Assembly (NCBI GenBank): GCA_038042445.1
Contig: JBBTED010000033.1
Location: forward strand, 1-45,347
Reading direction: 5' to 3'
DNA length: 45,347 nucleotides
DNA from: Candidatus Firestoneibacteriota bacterium
GTDB taxonomy: Bacteria > Oederibacteriota > D2-FULL-39-29 > JBBTED01
The first letter of the stretch is position 1, and each line of letters opens with the position of its first letter. The notes under the pieces are model-generated. The model had not been told where the DNA came from and searched no databases. It saw only the letters and a program-made list of their open reading frames with translations. Shown piece after piece: positions 37,838 through 45,347 of the stretch. The position numbers were made by a program, and so were the translations under genes.

Positions 37838-38209
37838 TTATGGTTTGTCTTTTTCCACCAAACCATATTTTTTGAGGAATAAAACTATAAATGTGCCTGA
37901 TAAATCAGAAATCCAGTCATAAAAACTACAGTCTCTGCCAGGAACATAAGCTTGGTGAATTTCATCTGTAAGACCATATAGACTTGCTAAAATTATTGCT
38001 AAATAAATAGCATTCACTTTAAATGATTGTTTGCTTGAATGTCTAAACGCTCTTGCAATGAGAAAACTCAAAATACCATATTCAATAAAATGTATTAACT
38101 TATCACCATTTGGAAAAAGTTCAGGTCCTGGTATATGTGAAAAACTTGAAAGAGTAAAAATTGTTCCTGAATATATTATAACCGGCAACCAATATTTAAT
38201 AAATTGCAT
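37838..38209 (-). CDS. VanZ family protein
   Basis: DKLIHFIEYGIL and DEIHQAYVPGR...DWISD motifs. Confidence 0.9.
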   Translation of the reverse strand: MQFIKYWLPVIIYSGTIFTLSSFSHIPGPELFPNGDKLIHFIEYGILSFLIARAFRHSSKQSFKVNAIYLAIILASLYGLTDEIHQAYVPGRDCSFYDWISDLSGTFIVLFLKKYGLVEKDKP

Positions 38210-38218
38210 TATATATTT

Positions 38219-38641
38219 TTACACATCCTTATTAAATACAGATGGTGCATCAAATTTTTTAAAAATGCGATATGTTATAAGATATGCCTGCGGTTTTATT
38301 CCATTTGTAAGCTGATCAAAAATCATATGTTGACTTACACCTATCATAATTGAAAAAAGCACAGGATTTGTTGTCCAAAAAGTAATTGCCCCAAAAATTA
38401 TCAGATTTTCATACGCATGAAATGGAAGAACTAATCGTTTAAACAAATGATTGTGAAACCTATAAAAAAATTTCTTTAGATTCCATGGAAATCCATATTC
38501 TCTGAAATAATCAAATAAATGGTCTAAATCAATAAAAACACCGGCTAAAAAACTTATTATTGCATATTGGTTTGACTGAAACAATATTCCTACACCAATG
38601 CTAATTGGAATTGATACTGCAATATGATGTTGAAGCTTCAT
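38219..38641 (-). CDS. Membrane protein, putative metal-dependent hydrolase-like
   Basis: HH, IDLDH, FHAYE and QHMIFD motifs in a hydrophobic protein. Confidence 0.55.
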   Translation of the reverse strand: MKLQHHIAVSIPISIGVGILFQSNQYAIISFLAGVFIDLDHLFDYFREYGFPWNLKKFFYRFHNHLFKRLVLPFHAYENLIIFGAITFWTTNPVLFSIMIGVSQHMIFDQLTNGIKPQAYLITYRIFKKFDAPSVFNKDV

Positions 38642-39702
38642 CCGAGTATTTCAGAAATAATAGAGTTAAGTTTTGCAGGTACAATTTTTGGCACTACAGA
38701 AACTTTTATTGCTCTATCAGGGTCTTTTAACCCATGTCCAGTCAAAATACATACTATTTTTGGCTTCTTTTTAAACTTTTTAAAAAAACCTTTTTTATTT
38801 AGTTTTTTTAGGCCTGCAACTGATGATGCAGAAGCCGGCTCTACAAAAACACCTTCAAGAGATGCAAGCATTTTATATGCTTCTAAAATTTCATTATCTG
38901 TAACCATATCTATCAATCCACCTGATTCGTCTCTTGCATTCACAGCCTGTTCCCAACTTGCAGGATTTCCGATTTTTATAGCAGTAGCAATAGTTTGTGG
39001 ATTTAAAATAGGTCTATCCAATACAATTGGAGCAGCACCTTTAGCCTGAAAACCAAGCATTTTAGGTAAAAACCTTATGTTGTTTATAGCTTTATATTCT
39101 TTATATCCTTTCCAATAAGCAGTAATATTTCCTGCATTTCCAACTGGCATTGCCTGAAAGTCAGGAGCAAACCCAAGTTGTTCGCAAATTTCAAAAGCTC
39201 CAGTTTTCTGGCCTTCTATACGAAAAGGATTAATTGAATTAACCAAAACCAATGGGTATTTTTCTGCAATTTGTTTCACTAAATTCAAAGCATCATCAAA
39301 GTTTCCTTTAACAGCCAAAACCTTTGCTCCATGCATTACTGCTTGCGCCAATTTTCCCATTGCAATGGCACCTTTAGGTATTAAAACAATACAATTCATT
39401 TTTGCACGTGCAGCATAAGCAGCAGCAGATGCAGAAGTATTACCAGTTGAAGCACATATCACAGCTTTTGCACCTTGCTCTTTTGCTTTAGAAATAGCTA
39501 AAGTCATACCTCTATCTTTAAATGAACCAGTTGGATTTATACCTTCATACTTCAAGTAAATCTCTAAGTTTCCGCCTAATCTATTACTCAAATTATCAGC
39601 TTTAATTAGAGGAGTATTTCCTTCATTTAAAGTAATAACTGGAGTTTTTTCAGTTACAGGTAAAAACTTTCTATATTTATTTATAATTCCCTGCCAAAGC
39701 AT
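38638..39702 (-). CDS. thrC: Threonine synthase
   Basis: [24 protein letters not shown] and TGHGLKDP motifs. Confidence 0.96.
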   Translation of the reverse strand: MLWQGIINKYRKFLPVTEKTPVITLNEGNTPLIKADNLSNRLGGNLEIYLKYEGINPTGSFKDRGMTLAISKAKEQGAKAVICASTGNTSASAAAYAARAKMNCIVLIPKGAIAMGKLAQAVMHGAKVLAVKGNFDDALNLVKQIAEKYPLVLVNSINPFRIEGQKTGAFEICEQLGFAPDFQAMPVGNAGNITAYWKGYKEYKAINNIRFLPKMLGFQAKGAAPIVLDRPILNPQTIATAIKIGNPASWEQAVNARDESGGLIDMVTDNEILEAYKMLASLEGVFVEPASASSVAGLKKLNKKGFFKKFKKKPKIVCILTGHGLKDPDRAIKVSVVPKIVPAKLNSIISEILG

Positions 39703-39703
39703 T

Positions 39704-41017
39704 TTATATTCCTTTCTCTACTCTTATTAACAATGTTTTTTCTTTTGTTATTGAAAGATTATCTATTTCAGCTAATGCAATTCGTATATCTTTTTCAAGT
39801 GTTTCATAAGTCATCATAATAACAGGAACTTTATTTCCACTTTTTCGCTCTGTTTGATAAACTGATGCAATACTTATGTTGTATTTACCCAAAATACCTG
39901 AAATTGTAGCAAATACACCAGGCTGATCTAAAACAGTAAATCGTAAATAATATCGCGATTTAATATCTTCAATATTAACAATATTTTTAGCAGATAAATG
40001 CTTTGTTTCATAATATACACTTGGAACTTTGCCTGCAACTCCACTATAAATATTTCTTGCAATATAAACAATATCACTCACAATAGCACTTGCAGCAGCC
40101 ATTTGACCAGCGCCCTGACCATAAAACATTACAGGGCCAACAATATCACCTACAACATATATTGCATTATATACATCATCTACAGCTGCAAGTAAATGAT
40201 CTGATGGAATTAATGTTGGATGGACTCTAACTTCAAACTTTCCATTTTCAGCTTTTGCAATTGCAAGTAATTTTATAACCTGACCGAACTCTTCTTTTGC
40301 ATATTTAAAATCATGATGTGTTATATTTGCTATTCCTTCAGTATAAATATCTTTCAAATCTACTGTTGTGTTAAAAGCTATTGATGCCAAAATAGCTAAT
40401 TTATGCGCTGAATCAATACCATCTATGTCAAAACTGGAATCTGCCTCCGCATAACCTTTTTTCTGGGCTTCTTTTAACGATTCTTTAAAATCTTTTCCTT
40501 CTGCCATTCTTGTAAGAATATAATTTGTCGTACCATTTACTATTCCATATATTGCTTGTATGTTATTTGAAGCAAGCCCATCATGTAAACCCTGTATAAC
40601 AGGGATACCGCCTCCAACACTTGCTTCTAAATATATATCTACTTTAGAATTTTGTGCTGTTTGCATTATTTCATCCCAATATCTTGCAAGAATTGCTTTA
40701 TTTGCAGTAACAACGTGTTTACCTTTTTTCATTGCAGAAAGACAAATTGTTCTTGCAGGTTCTATACCCCCAATTAATTCTACTACAATATCAATTTCAG
40801 GATCATTCAATATATCATTATAATCAGAAGAAAATTTTAAATTTTCAATATTAAGCTCTTTAAATCTATCTTCAAATTTATCAACAAGTCGTTTAATTTT
40901 TATTTTTCCACCAACTCTTTCCTCAATACGATCTAAGTTTGTCTGAAATACTTTAACTACACCACTGCCTACAGTCCCTAATCCAACTAAACCAACATTA
41001 ATCAAATTTTTCGCCAT
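39704..41017 (-). CDS. hom: Homoserine dehydrogenase with ACT domain
   Basis: [22 protein letters not shown] and GYAEAD motifs plus a C-terminal ACT domain. Confidence 0.96.
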   Translation of the reverse strand: MAKNLINVGLVGLGTVGSGVVKVFQTNLDRIEERVGGKIKIKRLVDKFEDRFKELNIENLKFSSDYNDILNDPEIDIVVELIGGIEPARTICLSAMKKGKHVVTANKAILARYWDEIMQTAQNSKVDIYLEASVGGGIPVIQGLHDGLASNNIQAIYGIVNGTTNYILTRMAEGKDFKESLKEAQKKGYAEADSSFDIDGIDSAHKLAILASIAFNTTVDLKDIYTEGIANITHHDFKYAKEEFGQVIKLLAIAKAENGKFEVRVHPTLIPSDHLLAAVDDVYNAIYVVGDIVGPVMFYGQGAGQMAAASAIVSDIVYIARNIYSGVAGKVPSVYYETKHLSAKNIVNIEDIKSRYYLRFTVLDQPGVFATISGILGKYNISIASVYQTERKSGNKVPVIMMTYETLEKDIRIALAEIDNLSITKEKTLLIRVEKGI

Positions 41018-41046
41018 TTTATCCTTCCTTATCTTATAATTATATT

Positions 41047-41118
41047 TTGTAGTCGCAGGCTTTAGCCTGCGTTACTGCCTTTTATCATTTTCCCGCAGGC
41101 TAAAGCCTGCGACTACAA
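41047..41118. repeat. GTAG-type REP doublet (family A)
   Basis: GTAGTCGCAGGCTTTAGCCTGCG (41049-41071) with a perfect inverted copy at 41094-41116. Confidence 0.88.
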
Positions 41119-42339
41119 TAATAATTTATTGATAACAGCTTCAATTCTATCAATACCTTTTTTAATGTTTTCTAAAGAAGTTGCATAAGATAATCTTATA
41201 TGCAAATCCGAACCAAAATCAACACCTGGAACTACTGCTACATTAGCTTTTGCCAATAAATACTCAGAAAAAAGTGTAGAGAAATTTTTGTTTGTCTGAG
41301 CTATTTCAGATTCAATTTTTTTTCTTATTTCTGGTGTATTTAACTCTAAAATATTCACAAAAGCATAAAATGCACCATTCGGCATAATACATCGCAATCC
41401 ATTAATCTTGTTTACTCTATCTACTATATATTTTCTACGTTTGTCAAATTCGTTTTTCATTTTATTTATTGTTTCTTCTGGGCCATTAATAGCAGTAATT
41501 GCAGCTTTTTGAACAAAAGATGTAGGATTTGAAGTTACCTGGCTTTGAAAGTTAGCCATTGCTTTTACAATTGCTTTTGGACCTGCTGCATATCCAAGTC
41601 TCCATCCAGTCATAGAATAAGTCTTTGAAACTGCATTTACAACTAATGTTCTTGCTTTAATTTGTTCACTAAAACTTGCAATACTATAGTGGATTTTACC
41701 GTTGTAAATTAATTTTTCATATACTTCATCTGAAATAACCCAGAAATCATATTTTAAAATTATTTCTGCAAGAGCTTTCAATTCCTCTTTATCATAAACC
41801 ATTCCAGTAGGATTACTGGGACTATTCATCACTAATGCTTTTGTTTTGGAAGTAATTTTCTTCTCTAATAATTCTGGAGTAATTTTAAATGATAAACTTT
41901 CGTCAGCATCAATAAATATCGGAATACCACCTGACATCTTTACCTGCTCTGGATAACTTACCCAATATGGTGCTGGTATAATAACTTCATCACCCTCATT
42001 ACATATAGCCTGAAATATATTATAAAGTGAATGTTTTGCACCACAGGATACTATAACTTCAGATTTATCATAAACAAGATTATTGTCACGTTTAAATTTA
42101 GAACTTATGGCTTCTTTTAATTCATCAATCCCAGAAGCTGGCGTATATTTGGTAAAACCTTTTTTTAAAGCATCTATCGCAGAGTCTTTTATATAATCAG
42201 GTGTATCAAAATCAGGTTCACCAACAGTAAAACTTACAATATCAATACCAGCTTTTCGCATTTCTTTGGCTTTAGCCTCCATCCCAAAAGTAGATGATGG
42301 AGCAATACTTAAAATCCTTTTAGACAAATTCATAGGCAT
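41113..42339 (-). CDS. Class I PLP aminotransferase (aspartate aminotransferase)
   Basis: GEPDF, NSPSNPTG, SDEVY and SKTYSMTGWRLG motifs. Confidence 0.93.
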   Translation of the reverse strand: MPMNLSKRILSIAPSSTFGMEAKAKEMRKAGIDIVSFTVGEPDFDTPDYIKDSAIDALKKGFTKYTPASGIDELKEAISSKFKRDNNLVYDKSEVIVSCGAKHSLYNIFQAICNEGDEVIIPAPYWVSYPEQVKMSGGIPIFIDADESLSFKITPELLEKKITSKTKALVMNSPSNPTGMVYDKEELKALAEIILKYDFWVISDEVYEKLIYNGKIHYSIASFSEQIKARTLVVNAVSKTYSMTGWRLGYAAGPKAIVKAMANFQSQVTSNPTSFVQKAAITAINGPEETINKMKNEFDKRRKYIVDRVNKINGLRCIMPNGAFYAFVNILELNTPEIRKKIESEIAQTNKNFSTLFSEYLLAKANVAVVPGVDFGSDLHIRLSYATSLENIKKGIDRIEAVINKLLL

Positions 42340-42358
42340 ATCTATCCTTTATAAAGAA

Positions 42359-42587
42359 TTATTCCTTTTGATTTTTTGCATCTAAAACTGTAATTCCTAC
42401 TATTTCTTTTTTTGCATAATGATAAATAAATTTGTCATCCATTATACTATCATCAGCACACTGTGGCTTACGAAAGCTAATGTAAAGCGTATCTGTATCC
42501 TCATCATAATCAACCCAATAATGCTTTTTCCCAAATTTAAGAAAAATATGGAATTACAGAAGCATCAAATTCTTTTATTTTTGCCAT
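42359..42587 (-). pseudogene. DUF2283-like small gene with a 1-bp frameshift
   Basis: GAGGTG RBS and ATG at 42587. Removing one T from the T5 run (42542-42546) gives a 75-aa ORF with WVDYDEDTDTLYISF...IVGITVLDA. Confidence 0.75.
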
Positions 42588-42636
42588 ATTACACCTCGCT
42601 TTTTCTATATATTTATGCGATAAATAGAATCCTTTT

Positions 42637-45347
42637 TTATTGCAACTCTAATATTAGTAAAACTTTGTCTATTTTTACTTTGTCTTTTTCGAATTTGTGT
42701 TTCTTATCTTTTATCTTTACTGCATCTAAACTCTTTATCCATACATCTATATGGTCGTGTTTTTCATTTGCTATATCTGCTATTACTTCTGCATCTGTGG
42801 ATTTTATTGTGTACCAACCTTCATCTGTTGGTGTTATACTGCCATTTATCTGATGCACGTCTACCCATTTACCACCTCTAAAGCATTTCCACTTTCCACC
42901 TTCCTTCTTCTGCTTCTCCATGCTCCATACCTCTATGTATGGATTTTCTTTGTCACTCGCTTCACTTCCATCTGCTTCATATTCTTGAATTTTTAATTTT
43001 ACCACAACTCCTGTTATATTGCCAGTTATTTTTTTTGTATTATATTTATATATTTTGTGATGCTCTTTTGGACCTCCTATTGAACCTGTTCCTACTAAAT
43101 CTCCTTCCATCTTTTTTGTCCATACTTTATAAGTAATCACATCTTTGCTTGCTTTGTTGTTTGTTGTGTCAAATTCTGGTATTGTATTATCTGGATTTAC
43201 TTCTACATAAATACTATGCGATCCTGTTTGGCTTGGTTCCCACTTTATTTGTGCTATTTTTTCTCCACCATTTTTACCTATTAAGTCTACATTTTCTTCT
43301 GCTATGTATAACCCACCTTCTTCAGGATCTCCATCATAAAATCTTACTACTACATTCCGTGCATCCGTTTTTCCATAATTATATACTTTCGCTGTTATGC
43401 TTAATTCTGTGTTCTCAAATTCTTCATCTGGGTATTCTATTGTTATATCACTTGCATTTATTGCTAAATCCGGCAAACCTGAACCATAAGCAAATTGGAC
43501 TTCTTTACTGCTTATTAAACCTTGTGCATTCAATTCTGCTTTCACTGTATGCCACCCAGCTTGCACAACTGGTATTGAAATTATCAATTCCTCTGTGCTT
43601 CCTGTCCATACTATATTCTGACTATTTATGTAATTCCCATCTAAATATATTGTTAATATCCCTTGTTCATTTTGTTTCCCATATAAAGTTACTTTTGCAT
43701 CTACAGGCTCTGTTATTGTTGAATATTCCACCTTGTCTGTTGTTAATCCAAGTAATACTGCTTTGCCTATATCAAAACTCTTTGCTCCTGATACAAGTAA
43801 CATCTCAGTACTATCATACATAGCATATATCAATCTATGTATTCCTGTGCTTTGGGTAGACACTGTCCATGCATAACTAAATTTATTCTCTTCTTTTACC
43901 AAATATGTATTCTCATTAATTACCTCTATTGTTGTCCCATTTGGCTCCATTAACCACGCCTTTATTATCACTGGTGTTATATCGCTATTACTATTTGCTG
44001 TTAAACTTAATTGGACTTGTTCACCTATATTTGGCTCTACCTTATCTAATTTTGCCTCTAATATTTGAACTTGATATCCTGCAATATCTATTGGGTAGCT
44101 ATAACTCACTCCTGCAAAGCTATAACCTATTGTCTGGGTTCCTGCTATCATTTCACCCGGCAATACAAAACTTAATGTTGTTATGCCTACAGATATTTCT
44201 AAACTTTCACTGTAACTTGGTCCTGTTATACTTAGCGCACCTGCTTGTGTACTTTCTATCTTTATTTGGACATTCTCTCCAGGATTATATACCTGCTTGT
44301 CTGTAGTTAATGTTATCACATCACCTTTCTTTGCCACATAGACTGAATCCAACCATATTGACCTGCCTGTTTTAAAATATATACCATAAGAAAGTTTCTG
44401 CCCTGTATGTTTTACTGGTATACTTGCAAATTCTATTGTTTGTGTTCCACTCGAAAGTACAAAATCCTGCGCTGATGCCCACTCATTAAATTGAGCATTG
44501 GCTTTTAATATTATATCTGTAGATTGTGATAAATTAGTTATTGCTAAATTAAGTCTTGCTTCCTCTCCTTCTAAATAACTTTCTTTGTCTAAGCTTGCTA
44601 CTACTGATATTTTAACTCCATTAACTTTGAAATTTATATCATAACTTGTATCATTTACATATACCTTAGCTGTATAATTGCCATCTTGTATATCCTCAGG
44701 AATTGTAAATTCATACGCAACTTGCCCTTCTTCACCCGGATTTAACCATATATATTTTGTCTGGTCTAATGTATCAAATATACTAAATCTTATTTTCGCC
44801 TGGCCTTTTATATCTCCTGTATTTCTTATGTTTAAATTTATACTTGATATCCCTCCTGCTGAAAATTCTATTCCTACAGGTAAATTTACAATTTCAAATT
44901 TAGCTCCTCCTATACTTATCTGCTTTACTTCACTTACTATTACCTGGCCTGAATAAAGCAACTCTACTCGGACATCAAATGTTCCTCCATACTGCGGTAT
45001 TATTGCAAAATTATAGTTTTGCTCTCCGTTAATTCCCAAATTTACACTTACTTCCTCATTCAAAAATATATTCGTTATTCTTAAACTGCCTTCATATTCA
45101 TTTATTCCTATATTTTTGACTTTCACTAATAATGGAAAATTAGTACCTGTGAAACTTCCTAATTCTGCCTGCATACTGCCTACATTATACTTCCCTACTT
45201 TAAAACTTATCCCTCCTGTTTCAAAATATGTGCTGTAACTTACTTCGTAATTCCCTGATATTAAATTCTCTAATACTATATTATCACTTATATTTTGTCC
45301 TGCTGATACTGTACAATTCACAACTTTGCTTATTATATTTTGCCCAT
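42637..45347 (-). CDS. Large surface/secreted protein with Ig-like (MG2-like) and CARDB domains (5' end off window)
   Basis: The frame is open to the window end. It has repeated LDKESY/TDKQVY/TDKVEY units and a CARDB domain (PDLAI...VYNYG...VNPDNTIPEFDTTNN). Confidence 0.8.
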   Translation of the reverse strand, partial: GQNIISKVVNCTVSAGQNISDNIVLENLISGNYEVSYSTYFETGGISFKVGKYNVGSMQAELGSFTGTNFPLLVKVKNIGINEYEGSLRITNIFLNEEVSVNLGINGEQNYNFAIIPQYGGTFDVRVELLYSGQVIVSEVKQISIGGAKFEIVNLPVGIEFSAGGISSINLNIRNTGDIKGQAKIRFSIFDTLDQTKYIWLNPGEEGQVAYEFTIPEDIQDGNYTAKVYVNDTSYDINFKVNGVKISVVASLDKESYLEGEEARLNLAITNLSQSTDIILKANAQFNEWASAQDFVLSSGTQTIEFASIPVKHTGQKLSYGIYFKTGRSIWLDSVYVAKKGDVITLTTDKQVYNPGENVQIKIESTQAGALSITGPSYSESLEISVGITTLSFVLPGEMIAGTQTIGYSFAGVSYSYPIDIAGYQVQILEAKLDKVEPNIGEQVQLSLTANSNSDITPVIIKAWLMEPNGTTIEVINENTYLVKEENKFSYAWTVSTQSTGIHRLIYAMYDSTEMLLVSGAKSFDIGKAVLLGLTTDKVEYSTITEPVDAKVTLYGKQNEQGILTIYLDGNYINSQNIVWTGSTEELIISIPVVQAGWHTVKAELNAQGLISSKEVQFAYGSGLPDLAINASDITIEYPDEEFENTELSITAKVYNYGKTDARNVVVRFYDGDPEEGGLYIAEENVDLIGKNGGEKIAQIKWEPSQTGSHSIYVEVNPDNTIPEFDTTNNKASKDVITYKVWTKKMEGDLVGTGSIGGPKEHHKIYKYNTKKITGNITGVVVKLKIQEYEADGSEASDKENPYIEVWSMEKQKKEGGKWKCFRGGKWVDVHQINGSITPTDEGWYTIKSTDAEVIADIANEKHDHIDVWIKSLDAVKIKDKKHKFEKDKVKIDKVLLILELQ

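Noticed and set aside
11345..41118. CRISPR array
   Set aside because: The repeats are dispersed singlets or inverted doublets, not regularly spaced direct repeats, and no cas genes are present.
214..44956. Numerous plus-strand and nested short ORFs in the track (e.g. 16539-17156, 31805-32272, 43149-43823)
   Set aside because: They are antisense or alternate-frame shadows of well-supported genes and have no recognisable motifs.
1..45347. Near-total minus-strand gene orientation as a special feature
   Set aside because: It is consistent with ordinary leading-strand bias in a low-GC genome.

Overview
AT-rich (roughly 30% GC by eye) bacterial chromosome segment, probably from a diderm because lolCDE-type genes are present; I cannot assign the taxon. 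Nearly every gene lies on the minus strand in tightly overlapping runs. The left end (1-8.7 kb) is a LacI-regulated catabolic operon. It has two tandem split transketolase pairs, a Zn-type dehydrogenase, a large ADP-ribosylglycohydrolase-family protein and a Gfo/Idh/MocA oxidoreductase, and two of these enzymes carry atypical metal-ligand motifs. The core is housekeeping: pyrK/pyrD, tldD/pmbA, purB, lolC/E-lolD, thiC/thiE/ThiD2, xerD, tRNA-Leu(GAG), thrC, hom and an aspartate aminotransferase. Single accessory genes, two ExeA-like ATPase paralogs and two GAF-GAF-HD-GYP genes are interspersed. An accessory patch at 20.1-23.0 kb holds an IS481-like element, a DUF433/DUF5615 toxin-antitoxin pair and a MORN-repeat gene. 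The element has 15-17 bp direct repeats, a transposase whose stop codon is completed by target DNA, and a start-less ORF running out of its left end. Several distinct families of REP-like palindromes occur, including one inside lolD and one that supplies a stop codon. The ORF track misses a 22-aa Cys-Cys/Lys-rich ORF and a frameshifted DUF2283-like gene. All family assignments come from motif recognition, not database searches.
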